From contig CM059432.1 of NCBI GenBank assembly GCA_030390025.1, positions 54,810,001 to 54,874,000 of the forward strand: a DNA stretch of 64,000 nt, given 5' to 3'. Under the pieces are notes generated by a model. It saw only the letters and a list, made by a program, of their open reading frames with translations, had not been told where the DNA came from and did no database searches. This DNA comes from Squalus acanthias (Eukaryota). The translations under genes were made by a program, and so were the position numbers. How positions within the stretch are numbered: the first letter of the stretch is position 1; each line of letters opens with the position of its first letter. Positions 21,105-33,901 of this stretch are shown here, piece by piece.

Positions 21105-21109
21105 TACCA

Positions 21110-21632
21110 CATATTGCTGCTGAAACCCTCATCCATGCCGTTGTTACCTCTAGACTTGACTATTTCAGTGCTCTTCCACCCTACATAAACTTGTGCTCAC
21201 AAAATGCTGCTGCCTGCATCTTAACTCGCTCCAAGTCTCATTCACCCATCACCCCTGTGCTCGCTGACCATCACTGGCTCCCGGTCCAACAATGCCTCAG
21301 TTTTAAAATCCTCATCCTTGTTTTCAAATCCCTCCATGGCCTCGCCCCTCCCTATCTCTGTAACCTCCAGCCCTACAAGCCTTGGCGATCTCTGCGCTCC
21401 TCCAATTCTGGCCTCTTGCACATCCCTGATTTTAATCGCTTCCACTAAGGCGGCCGTGCTTTCAGCTTCCTAGGCCCTAAGCTCTGGAATTCTCTACTTC
21501 TCTCCTCCTTTAAGATGCTCCTTAAAACCAACCTCTGACCAAGCTTTTGGTCATCTGTGTTGATATCGCTCTTGTTAAGCGCCTTGGGATGTTTTGCTAC
21601 GTTAAATGCGCTATATAAATGTAAGTTGTTGA
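21110..21632 (+). mobile_element. L2 LINE 3' fragment
   Basis: LIHAVVTSRLDY, HSPITPVLADHHWLPV; tail gctatataaatgtaagttgttg. Confidence 0.85.
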
Positions 21633-21703
21633 ATCACTTCCATTGAAGAATGTTCAGCAATAAGTGCTAGTTTCTGTTTTGCTGAACGTGCCCCTTTAAA
21701 ATA

Positions 21704-22110
21704 AATAAGACTTACATTTATATAGCGCCTTTCACGACCACCAGACGTCTCAAAGCGCTTTGCAGCCAATGAAGTACTTTTGGAGTGTAGTCACTGGTGT
21801 AATGTGGGAAATACGGCAGCCAATTTGCGCACAGCACGCTCCCACAAACAGCAATGTGATAATGACCAGATAATCTGTTTTTGTTATGTTGATTGAGGGA
21901 TAAATATTGGCCAGGAAAACCGGGGATAACTCCCCTACTCCTCTTCGAAATAGAGCCATGGGATCTTTTACGTCCACCTGAGAGAGCAGACGGGGCCTCG
22001 GTTTAACGTCTCATCCGAAAGACGGCACCTCCAACAGTGCAGCACTGCCTCAGCACTGCACTGGAGTGTCAGACTAGCTTTATGTGCTCAAGTCCCTGGA
22101 GTGGGTCTTT
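21704..22110 (-). mobile_element. Deu-domain SINE (SacSINE1/AmnSINE-like) with L2-type tail
   Basis: Reverse complement contains ggaggtgccgtctttcggatgagacgttaaaccgaggccccgtctgc; matching copies at 39.8, 50.6 and 61.6 kb. Confidence 0.8.
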
Positions 22111-22347
22111 ATGCTACAGTGTAGATTTTGCGTAACTCAGTAGTACATTCAACATGTTTCACAATTGGCAATGTAGTGTCAGTGCATTTATTATAGTATG
22201 CTGCCAGAAGTCCATTTGTGTATGCTAGGTTGTACTGAGGTAGAAATTAAAACACTTTCTCAGAAAGGTGCAAGTCTGTGATAATATCCTCAAATCAGAT
22301 AAGAGTAATATTTTGGAATTAAACTGCTACCGTAGGATCTAGCACAT

Positions 22348-23270
22348 TTTTTTATTAGTTTATGGGATGTGGACGTCGCTGGCAAGGCCAGCATTTCTTG
22401 CCCATCCCTAATTGCCCTTGAGAAGGTAGTGGTGAGCCGCCGCCTCGAACCGCTGTAGTCCTTGTGGTGAAGGTACTCCCACAGTGCTGTTAGGTAGGGA
22501 GTTCCAGGATTTTGACCCAGCGACAATGAAGGAACGGCGATATACTTCTAAGTCAGGATGGTGTGTGACTTGGAGGGGAACTTGGAGGTGGTGGTGTTCC
22601 CATGCGCCTGCTGCCCTTGTCCTTCTAGGTGGAAGAGGTCACGGGTTTGGGAGGTGTTGCCGAAGAAGCCTTGGCGAGTTGCTGCAGTGCATCTTGTAGA
22701 TGGCACACACTGCAGCCACGGTACGCCGGTGGTGGAGGGAGTGAATGTTTAAGGTGGTGGATGAGGTGCCAATCAAGCGGGCTACTTTGTCCTGTATGGT
22801 GTCGAGCTTCTTGAGTGTTGTTGGAGCTGCACTCATCCAGGCAAGTGGAGAGTATTCCATCACACTCCTTACTTGTGCCTTGTAGATGGTAGAAAGGTTT
22901 TGGGGAGTCAGGAGGTGAGACACTCGCCGCAGAATACCTAGCCTCTGACCTGCTCTTGTTGCAACAGTATTTATGTGGCTGGTCCAGTTAAGTTTCTGGT
23001 CAATGGTGACCCCCAGGATGTTGATGGTGGGGGATTCGGCGATGGTAATGCCATTGAATGACAAGGGGAGGTGGTTAGACTCTCGTTTGTTGGAGATAGT
23101 CATTGCCTGGCACTTCTGTGGCGCGAATGTTACCTGCCACTTATCAGCCTAAGCCTGAACGCCGTCCAGCTCTTGTTGCATGCGGGCATGGACTGCTTCA
23201 TTATCTGAGGAGTTGTGGATGGCGCTGAACACTGTGCAGTCATCAGCAAACATCCCCATTTCTGACCTTC
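22348..23270 (-). mobile_element. CR1-like LINE 3' fragment
   Basis: ORF 22639-23103 INILGVTIDQKLNWTSHI...YKAQVRSVMEYS; same family as 41.8-43.3 kb and 59.8-62.5 kb. Confidence 0.85.
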
Positions 23271-25031
23271 AGACAATGTGGATCTTGCCCATTAAAGGAG
23301 TACCTGATAGCTACCTATAATGCTGCAATCTTAGATTAATCATTACTTAGCCTTCTCCATATTGCACTCTTAAGATATTAAAATAAAGTGCAATATTTCA
23401 CTAGTATCTGAGCTCTTTATCTGCACAGCCATTTTCTGTGTCGGGCTCAATTAAGGTACTCTGAAATTATGTCGGGAGTCTCTAATAGAACTCTTTTTTT
23501 GTAGTCTGTGTTCTTCATAACATATGCCCAGCCAGTGAGAACATGTTTGCTTACCAATGGTGTCTGAAATGAAGCAGCTTATTCATTCATATCTGTTCTT
23601 GTCTCACCATGTTTTCTCGGTGCACCTTTGTACATGTATGGAGGATATGAATATCCAGTTCAGGTCACACATACTATTGTTACATCCCTTGATTTTGCTA
23701 TCGTACAGTTAGATAGTAGGGTGGGGATTGGGCAGTACGGACACACCCCTAAATGTAAGACGCTCAGACCACGTATAAGAGTGACTAGCACCGCTGTACC
23801 TAACACAAAGATATCTACAGCAAGACCCTAAACTTGGAACAGGTGTTAGAGTACTGTTTACATGCAGACACCTATGTAGAGTGGTTTTTGCATGAAGTTA
23901 GCATACATAAAATCAACTGTCTTTTACATTCTGACATGGGAAACATGGATTGTGTGTCACTTTTTTATGCAGAATGTCTAAGTTAATTGGAGTTGTGCAA
24001 CTTTTTTAAAATTTGAATGCAGTTCAGCAAATTTCTTGGCATGTGTGCATTATAGATTTCAGAATAGGATGTATTTTGCTTACAAATTTCACTTGTTAAT
24101 GTTTTAAGATTTTTGAAAAAAGTCGAAGAAAATTTTTGTGCTATGTTACGTCATATTTCTTCAGAGCATTATTTTTGGGAGAAATGATTCTAGGCTTACC
24201 ATTCCTTTTCAACAAGACTTGCTGTTCCATGCAGCTCTCTCACTCCCCTCCCCATATCTCCACTGTTCTCCGAATTTTTTTAAAACTCACTGCAGTGTAC
24301 ACCCTGCTGTGCTGGTCAAGACTCATGATAGTCACCCACTCTAACTCCATCTTTCCAGGGATGGCAAAACTGTGGAACTCCTGCAATCTTTAGGCTTCTA
24401 AAACCTACGCCTAGAATCACATAATCACTACTTCCTGGGTTCCATATCATTAGTCTCTTCAGTTTTGGCATGTTCTGCACTGTTGGACTTGACCCCTCAC
24501 ATTGGTTTCTCAAAATGACTTGCTGTGTCTGTAAAGTGCAAGTTTCTCCTTGCAGCAGTCACTGACGTGCTTGCCCTTTAGCTGGGGAATTGTGGGGTAG
24601 AACTTTCCTCTTTTTCCCCTCTCTGGTCTTGAAATGAGACCATGCAGTACTATTGTATGAATTCTTAACTTGTTTATTTCTAAGTTCCTCGCCATTAATC
24701 TATTGGAGATGTTAGCCCAGTTAAATTGAGCTGAAATAGCAGAAGGATTTCAGACTAACTCATTAAACACTGGTATGCTATTATCCCAAAGGGTAGTATT
24801 TGAATTTACTTCAAACTTAAAAGAAATACATTAATCAGAGGCTAAAGACACCTTTCAATATATCTAGTATGTAACATTTGTAGTCCTAAGCAGTTCTATT
24901 TGTTTTGTAGCAATGTTCCTATTAACTTATTTCCCAGTTTGGAGTTGCTACATGCCGCTTTGTAAAACGGTGTTCATCAAATATAACAGCCACTACTGGT
25001 GGAGTTCACAGCTACCGAAAGGGAAACTTTA

Positions 25032-25252
25032 CAATAGCAAAATACTGCGGATGCTGGAAATCCAAAATAACAACAGAAAACGCTGGAAACACTCAGCAGG
25101 CCAGGCAGCATCCGTGGAGAGAGAAACCGAGTTAACGTTTCAGGTCGAAGACCTTTCGTCTGACAAAAGGTCTTCGACCGGAAACGTTAACTCTGTTTCT
25201 CTCTCCACGGATGCTGCCTGGCCTGCTGAGTTTTTCCAGCGTTTTCTGTTAT
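25032..25252. mobile_element. Palindromic non-coding Penelope pLTR derivative (two inverted tail copies)
   Basis: ~89-bp inverted arms 25072-25160 / 25162-25250 centred on 25161; 14-bp TSD aaagggaaacttta at 25018-25031 and 25253-25266. Confidence 0.88.
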
Positions 25253-27083
25253 AAAGGGAAACTTTAGTTGGTTGTGGGATGTGAGGGTTTGCATGCCTGT
25301 GCACATACTTGTTCAAACACATCAAATTATGTTGGCATCTAAGATTACATTGCAAAGCGATGTCTACTTGTCTGAGCATTGTCTGTTTCCAGGAAAAGCA
25401 GCTTCACGTACACAAATGTTGTGGCTATTTTGCACACTGCATATTGCAGCTTCAAATTTCAACATATTGAGGCCAAAAATGAAACAAACTGGCATCTCTT
25501 GCTACACTGAACTCCGATCTAGAGTGCACACATTTAAAGCTCCCACTTTGATTCATTTGAACTGGCTTTCCTTAGCAGGCAAGTTTTCCCACTAATTTGG
25601 CTTTTGTGATGTATGACAAATGTTTCACATTTCAGTTTATGGGGGGAGGAGAAACGAGCAAAACTATTCCCTCCCCAACCCCCGTGTGGCCACTCAGCCA
25701 GCATGAACTTTAACTGCAGCAGTTTATGGCTGTGTGTCCTGGCTTCCAGACTGATTGAGAGAGGCAGTGTGGCAGCAGGAGATGGAAATGAGGATTTACT
25801 CCTCCTAGTATGGTGGTGTAAATGAAAGGCACTGCCTAGTGTTGCATTATGTCATACGGACGAGAAGGTCAAAAGTTTCCAGTCTATGCTAAGCTAGCTG
25901 ATCACAATTTGAACAGCAGTTACAGCATATCACTTGGCTTCAGTGACCTTGGATTGGGTGAGGGAAATTAGCTTGGGTCCCTACTGATCATTGCTATCCT
26001 ATGGCCTCTGCTGGAAGGTGCACATGTGGACCTTGTGTAAGAACAGGACCAACTTGGCTGAGATTTTCTCCATGGTCTAATGGCTTGCTGACATTCGTTT
26101 AGGCTCCTATGAAGAATGACCACATGGGCAAGGTACTAGAGGGCAGCCTTCACCCATTGAACCAAGCCCCAGCGAGAGTCAGCATAATTCAAGGGAGACG
26201 GATAAAGGGGAGAAAATACATAGGAAATCATTTTTAAGTAGCGAGGACTTGAAAGAGAAAATTTCTTCTCTCTTCTCTTTCCGCCCACCGCCACACAAAA
26301 TGTCAGTAAGCATTTGAAGTACTTCCATGCTACACACAGTTCAGTGTTCTTATGCTAGTTTACTACTTTAATCGCTAACATAATTTACAGTAGAAAGCAG
26401 ATAAATGCACTTGCATACACATTAGACAAAACAAAGATGCATTGAAATTTAATCAACATTTTGCTGAAACCCTTTTCAAAATTAGAAGTTGTATACTTGA
26501 AATACTTGTAAGAAAATCTATTTCAAACATGTTGCAATGAAACCAAGCTTCTGATTGCTGTATATATTTAGAAACTAAAACTCAGAGGCTGTGGCTGTAG
26601 ATATTCATTACTTATACTGATCAGATTCAGGCAACTTGCTTTCAGATTCTATCCATTTTAAACTTTAAGTATGCCTACAATAGTTGGTTTCTGGGAGTGG
26701 TTAAAAAATATTGATGCAATCTGGTTCAGGTGACACCCTACACTACCAGTGAAACTAGAAAGGGATTTAGTTGCCGCCAAAATCCCCAAGTTAAATCAAG
26801 GTGTAAAATGACATCCTGGTATGTGTTTGAATTATTAGTAGAATGTATTCAATATAAACAAAGTTGTTTTGCGCTTAAAAAATGAATCATCCAATAATTT
26901 GAATTAAGTAATGTATTTTTAGTTCCATCAACTTCATATTTGATATTCAGAAGAGAATCAATTAATGTAATGTGACTACTGAAGGTTTATTATAAAATAA
27001 CTTGCTCTTGGGAAATTTACTGTGCAATATATAATAAATAGGCTTTGTTTTTAGTTTCATATAAATTCCTTTTTTAAATCTGT

Positions 27084-27716
27084 GGGGGGAAAATTCGGTT
27101 GCTTTGCGCCTCCCATTGGGCACAAAGCAACTAGCGCTCGGGTGCGGCGCCGCCAACACCTCCCGCGAAATTCAGCGGGAGGTTAGCAGCGGCGGTAACC
27201 GTTAGCACCCCGCAGCACTGCGCCGCCAGCAATTATGTCATCACCGTGCGCAGCGCCCCGGCCGCGATCTTCGGTAGCACTTCCTGACTTACCGCCAGAC
27301 GCTATGTCCGACGGCGTCAGGGCAGCGCTATTTAAAGGCAAGGTGCCGGGCGGCCATTTTTGTTGCTGGCCGCCTGCCAGCACCTGCCTCCGCTGCCGTC
27401 CCCGGCCTCCTGACCCACCCCCCGCGCGGAGTGCCGACTGCTCCATGAGCCCGGCAATTCTCTTGAGTACCGGGCTCTTTTGCCGGCACTCCGATCCCCG
27501 GTGGCCCAGCTGGGCCCTGGGTCGCGCTGCGCAAGGCCCCTCCCCTTTAAGAAGGGGAGGAAGGCCTGCAATACAGCGGTGCAACGTTCCCTCGCCTGCC
27601 TCTCGGGGCGCTACCACTCAATTTTGGCCGCGGGGGTGCTAATTTTTTCGGGGTGCTAAAAGTAGCGCCCCGGTGAAGTTAGCACCCCAAAGGGGGCGCG
27701 ACTCAATTTTTCCCCC
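27084..27716 (+). mobile_element. Non-autonomous Harbinger related to 6416-10592, CpG-rich
   Basis: Left end gggggaaaattcggttgctttgcgcctccc and internal gcgctatttaaaggc shared with the large element; right end aatttttccccc; flanks tgt/tat (imperfect TSD). Confidence 0.85.
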
Positions 27717-27961
27717 TATATATTTTAAACCTATGTGTTTCTGAATGTATTCTTTAGTTAAATGTTAAACAATACTTTAACCAATTGGATTATATGTTAA
27801 TGTTAGTTAGTATTTCACAGCTTCCTGAGGCTGGTGAATACGGTTCTGTTTGAGATAGCATACCCTCAAGTACTCAGGTGTGTAGTTGTGGTTTCTACCT
27901 ACAAGACTGAGGATCCTCCTGAGCATGAAAAGTACCAGTGAATCTCTAATTTCAGTGGCTA

Positions 27962-28985
27962 TTACATAGAATTTACAGCACAGAAACAGGCCATTCGGCC
28001 CAACTGGTCTGTGCCGGTGTTTATGCTCCACACAAGCTTCCTCCCACCCTACTTCATCGAACCCCATCAACAGATCCTTGTATTCCTTCCTCCCTCACGT
28101 GTTTATCTAGCTTCTCCTTAAATGCCTCTATGCTAGTCGCCTCAACTACTCCATGTGATGGCGAGTTCCACATTCTCACCACTCTGAGTAAAGAAGTTTC
28201 TCCTGAATTCCCTATTGGATTTATTAGTGACGATCTTATATTTATGGCCCCTAGTTCTGCTCTCCCCGCAAGTAGAAACATCTTCTCTACGTCTACCGTA
28301 TCAAACCCTTTCATAATCTTAAGACCTCTATCAGGTCACCCCTCAGCCTTCTCTCTTCCAGAGAAAAGAGCCCCAACCTGTTCAATCTTTCCTGATGGGT
28401 ATAACCTCTCCATTCTGGTATCATCCTAGTAAATCTTGTGTATCTGTACCCCCAGATCCCTCTGCTCCTCTAACCCATTTAGATACTTTCCAAGGAGTAT
28501 ATGGCCTCCTTACTCTTCCTACCAAAATGTACCGCCTCACACTTGGCTATACTGAAGTTCATTTGCCAATTACATGCCCATTCTGCAAGTTTATTAAAAT
28601 CTTCCTGTATTTTGTCATAGTCCTCCTCTGTATTATCTATACCCCCTAATTTGGTGTCGACTGCAAATTTTGAAATTGTACTTATTCCCAAGTCCAAATC
28701 ACTTATGTAAATGATGAACAACAGTAATCCCAGCACCGATCCCCGTGGATACCACTCCCCACTTTGTGCCAGTCTGAGTAACTACCTTTAACACCTACTC
28801 TGTTTTCTGTTTTGTATCCAGCTTGCTATCCATTCTGCTACTTGGCCCCTGACACCACATGTTCTAACCCTGTTCATGATTCTACTATGCGGTACTTTAT
28901 TGAAGGCCTTTTGAAGATCCAAATATATTCCGTCTACTGCATTACCTTTGTCTGTATTCATTTAGTTCTTCAGGTTGTCATGCAA
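27962..28985 (-). mobile_element. CR1 LINE 3' fragment
   Basis: LGLLLFIIYISDLD...SKFAVDTKLGG...KCEAVHFG. Confidence 0.85.
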
Positions 28986-29084
28986 GCATATCAGATACTT
29001 TGGAAATCTGCAGAGTAATCAGAAAGGAACATGCTCAATTTCAGTCTCGTGAGGAAAATGTAGAGCAGTTTGTGGTTTCAACGA

Positions 29085-29716
29085 CAGCAGCTTACATTTA
29101 TGTAGCACCATTAATGTAGAAAAAGTCTCACGGTGCTTTACAGAAGCATAATCAGACAAAAATTGATGCCAAGCCAAGAAGGAGAAAATAGTAATGACTA
29201 AAAGCTTAGTCAAAGAGGGGAATTTAAAGGAGGAGAGGAAGGTGGCAAGGCAGAGAGGTTGGGGGTGAGAATTCAAGAACGTGTGCCTGTACAGCCGAAA
29301 GCACAGCTGCCAATGGTAGGGAGTGGGGGTTGCACAAGAGGCTATAGTCGGAGGAACATAGCATTCTCAGATGGTTGTAGGGCCTGGGCAAGTTAGAGAT
29401 AGGGATCAGCGATGCCATAAAGGGATGAGAAATTTGAATATGGGGAGAACCAATTTAAGTCAGCGAGCAGAGGAGTGATGGGTGAGCAGGACTTGGTGCT
29501 TGTGATTTTGGCGGCTCAGCTCGGGGTCAAACGGTGTTGAGGTTGCGAAGAGTCTGGTTCACTCTGAGACAGTGGCCGGGAGAAGAATAGAATCTGTGGC
29601 AAGAGTACCAAGTTTATGGCAGGTGCCGAAGACGATTGCTTCAGTTTTCCCAATGTTTAATTGGAGGAAATTATAGCTCATCCAATGCTGGATGTTGGAC
29701 AAGCAGGCTTACAGAA
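29085..29716 (-). mobile_element. Older L2 3' fragment
   Basis: Diverged match to the adjacent L2 3' end. Confidence 0.7.
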
Positions 29717-32700
29717 CAACAACAACTTGTATTTATATAGCGCCTTAAACGTAGTAAAACGTCCCAAGGCGCTGCACAGGTGTATTTTAAGACAAAAAAA
29801 TTTGACACCGATCCACATGAGGATAAATTAGGGCAGGTGACCAAAAGCTTGGTCAAAGAGGTAGGTTTTAAGGAGCGTCTTAAAGGAAGAAAGAGAGGAG
29901 GTAGCGAGGCAGACAGGTTTAGGGAGGGAATTCCAGAGCTTAGGGCCTAGGCAACAGAAGGCACGGCCACCAAAGGTTGAGCGATTATAATCAGGGATCC
30001 TCAAGAGGGCAGAATTAGAGGAGCGCAGATATCTCTGGGGGGTTGTGGGGCTGAAGGAGATTTCAGAGATAGGAAGGGGTAAGGCCATGGAGGGATTTGA
30101 AAACAAGGATGAGAATTTTGAAATCGAGGCGTTGCTTTAACCGGGAGCCAATGTAGGTCAGCGAGCACAGGGGTGATGGGTGAACGGGACTTGGTGCGAG
30201 TTAGGACACGGGCAGCCGAGTTTTGGATGACCTCAAGTTTACGTAGGGTGAAATGTGGGAGGCCAGCCAGGAGTGCGTTGGAATAGTCAAGTCTAGAGGT
30301 AACAAATGCATGGATGAGGGTTTCAGCCGCGGATGAGCTGAGGCAAGGGCGGAGATGAGCTGAGGCAAGGGCGGAGACGGGCGATGTTACAGAGGTGGAA
30401 GTAGGCGGTCTTAGTTATGCTGTGGATATGTGGTCGGAAGCTCATTTCAGGGTCAAATATGACACCAAGGTTGCGAACAGTGTGATTCAGCCTCAGACAG
30501 ATGTTAGGGAGAGGGATGGAGTCAGTGGCTAGGGAACAGAGTTTGTGGCAGAGAAGAAAACAATGGCTACAGTTTTCCCAATATTTAATTGGAGAAAATT
30601 TTTGCTCATCCAGAACTGTATGTCGGACAAGCAGTCTGACAATTTAGACACCATGGAGGGGTCGAGAGAAGTAGTAGTGAGGTAGAGCTGGGTGTCGTCA
30701 GCGTACATGTGGAAACTGGCGCTGTGTTTTCGGATGATGTTGCCAAGGGGCAACATGTAGATGAGAAATAGGAGGGTGCCAAGGATAGATCCTTGGGGAA
30801 CACCAGAGGTGATGATGCGGGAGCGGAAAGAGAAGCCGTTGCAGGTGATTCTCTGGTTACGATTAAATAGATAAGAATGGAACCAGGTGACTGCAGTCCC
30901 ACCCAACTGGACTACGGTGGAGAGGCGTTGGAGAAGGATGGAGTGGTCAACTGTATCAAAGGCTGCAGACAAGTCAAGAAGGACAAGGAGGGATAGTTTA
31001 CGTTCGTCACAGTCACAAAGGATGTCATTTGTGACTTTGATGAGAGCCGTTTTGGTACTGTGGCAAGGGCGGAAACCTGTTTGGAGGGATTCAAACATGG
31101 AGTTGTGGGAAAGATGGCCACGGATTTGGGAGGCGACACACGTTCAAGGACTTTGGAGAGGAAACGGAGGTTGGAGATGGGGCGGTAGTTTACAAGGACC
31201 GAGGGATCAAGATTTGTTTTTTTGAGGAGAGGGGTGATGACGGCAGATTTGAGGGAGAGGGGGACAGTACCTGAGGAGAGAGAACCATTAACAATATCAG
31301 CTAACATGGGAGCCAGAAAAGGAAGTTGGGTGGTCAGCAGTTTGGTGGGAATAGGCTCGAGGGAGCAGGAGGTGGGTCTCATGGACAAGATGAGTGCAGA
31401 GAGGTCATGAAGGGAGATCGGAGAGAAACTGGAGAAAGATGTGAGTTCAGGGCTAGGGCAGGGGGGAACCTTAGAGGAAGTTTAGCCCAGTGGGCGAAGG
31501 GAAGTGGCAGAGGCAGCTGAATGGATGGTCTCAATCTTAGAGACAAAGATGTCGATGAGCTCCTCACATTTGTTATCGGAAGCGAGGGTGGAGGAGACAG
31601 GGGAGAGGGGTTTAAGAAGACGGTTAGCAGTAGAGAATAGGAGCTGGGGATTATCTTTGCATTCCAGAATGGTTCTGTAATAGTGAGCAATTTTGGCAGA
31701 AGAGAGCAGGGCCCGATAGTGCTTTGTGTGGTCCAGCCAGATCTGGCGGTGAATGTTTAAACCAGTTGTCCGCCATCTCCGTTCGAGTCTGCATCCCTTG
31801 GACTTAAGGGAGCGAAGATGAGGGCTGTACCAGGGGGAACGGCCAGGGTGAGATAGGGTAATTGTTTTAGTAGGGACTAGGGCATCAAAGATAGGGGTGA
31901 GGATGTGGTTGAGCAGATCGGTAGCTGCAGAAATGTCATGGTGAATGGAGGGCCAAAGGCTGGACAGTTGGGATTTCATAAGTGCAGTTGTAAGAGAGTT
32001 GGGAGAGAGTTTTTTCCAGGGGCGGGCACAGAAGGAAGTAGGGTTGGGGGTGGGTGGAAGGGGGATGTGGGTGGAGAGCGATACGAGGAAATGGTCAGAG
32101 ATAGCCTTATCTGCAATTGGCACAATGGGAGTAGCGAGGCCACAAGAGATGGCAAGGTCGAGGGGGTGGCCGTGAATATGGGTTGGGGAGTTTACATGGA
32201 GGGAGAGAGTAAGGGAGGATAGGATGCTAGTGAACTCAGGAGAGAGAGCATGATGAATTGAGATGGAGGTTGAAATCACCAAGGATGAGAAGTCGTTTGG
32301 TGCAGAGGCTTAGGGAGGAGGACAGTGAAGATATCTCAGTAATAAAATTTTTATGGTACTTGGGTGGGCGGTAGAGAACAAGAATTTTAAATGAGGTGAG
32401 AGGGGTGGAATAAGGTGAGATGCTCAAAGGAGGAGAACCTGCCGGAGGAGTAGGGGGACAGACCAAGGTGTGATTTGGTGATGAGAGCCACACCGTCACC
32501 ATGGCGGTCTGAGCGGGGCAAGTGGTGGAAGGTATAGCCAGGTGGGGAGGCTTCATTTAAGGGTAAGGTGTCATCGCACCTCAACCAATTTTCCGTCAGG
32601 GCCATGATATCGATGCAGTCATCCACGATAAGCTCATGGATGGCAAGGGCCTTGTTCGCAAGTGAACGAACATTCTGGAGGGAGATGCGGAGCGGGTCAG

Positions 32701-33150
32701 TGATGGCTGCCCCACTGTCAGCGTCCACAGGGTCAGCGCTGGGGGGGGATGAGTTGGACGGGGAGGAGATTGGCAAGATTTGCCCCCAGTGGGCGCGCTG
32801 GGCGGGAAGGTCGGCGAGAGAGTAGGATGGGACAGTTGGGATTGCTGCTCGTAAGGCAACAGCGACAAGTGCCTCGATGGGCCCTTCGTAGGATGCCAAG
32901 AGAGGCACAGAGGGAAGCTGTAGGCTTATCTAAGAGGGAGTGAAGCCTGGGACGGCGGCAGGAGAGTAGGGAGGTCGAAGAGTAATGAATGATTGGGGTA
33001 GGGATTTGGGAGGGCAGTGTATCGGAGAGAGGAGGGATGAAAGGAGGCATGACGACAGGAGAATGCTTTCAGGGAGGGATAGAGAGAAAAGGAAAATAGG
33101 GGGAAAAAGTGGAATGGCTCGGGTCCGGAGCGGCAGCCAAAGTGCGCACG
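29717..33150 (-). mobile_element. Near-complete L2 LINE ORF2 (APE endonuclease + RT), frameshifted; 5' region may extend to ~34.2 kb
   Basis: [71 protein letters not shown]; (TTG)n tail; 22-bp tandem duplication at 30332-30375. Confidence 0.92.
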
Positions 33151-33692
33151 CAAATGGACACGGGAAAAGCTCAGGTTACAGAGGCCTGTTTAAATGTAAT
33201 AATTAATGGAATACATATTTGCTGGTAGCAGGGAATAGGTTGGGGACAATAGTAGGGAGACCAGGGTCCAAGTCAGAGGTCCCATAGGAAGGACAAGCTG
33301 ACGTAAGCAGGATGGGGCCGGCCCGGAGCATCGACGAACCGCTGTCCAAAGCAGGTGAGGGAAGTCCAGAAGCTATTTGACGGGGAAAGAGTTCGAGGAT
33401 GGTGGTTGTTGCTGTAGGAATGAGAGTCGGGAGCGATGCAGAAAGATGATGGTGAAATTGACGCAAGTTGGAGGTCACCGTAGATCAAAGCAGCGGAGAA
33501 AAAGTAAAACCATAAACCAGTGACCAGCAAGGCTGAAAAACGGTAAAACCAGTTCAGCAAGTGCAGCTGCTACCTACAAGCCAGCAGAGCTGATAAAACC
33601 AATAGAACCAGTTCAGCAGACACGCAGCCAGAAGTTTAAAGGTAAAAACCTTTTTTACCTTTTCAGAGACAAAGACACAGCAGTATATTCTT

Positions 33693-33901
33693 CTTCTCCT
33701 TCCTCCTCTTCTTAGGCAGTCCCTCGGAACCGAGGATGACGTGCTTCCACATTAAAACTGAGTTCTCAGGTGACTGATGAGTCCAATGCGGGACCGACAG
33801 TCTCTGTCACAGATGGGGCAGACGGTGGTTGAAGGGGCGGGTGGGTGGGGTGCTTGGGTTGATGTGCGCTCCTTGCGCTGCCTGCGCTTGGCTTCTGCTT
33901 A
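33693..33901 (-). mobile_element. Short non-LTR 3' fragment with (GAA)n-like tail, probably RTE clade
   Basis: TSD cagtatattctt at 33681-33692 and 33902-33913; purine microsatellite tail on the minus strand. Confidence 0.6.

Noticed and set aside
27183..27642. 135-144 aa ORFs in a GC-rich patch as a host exon or gene
   Set aside because: Lie wholly within a TIR-bounded MITE; no recognisable domain
33774..33803. Hammerhead-like CTGATGA GTCC-AATGCG-GGAC
   Set aside because: Stem II is present but the required GAAA is replaced by CGACA, and the motif is antisense to its host retroelement fragment
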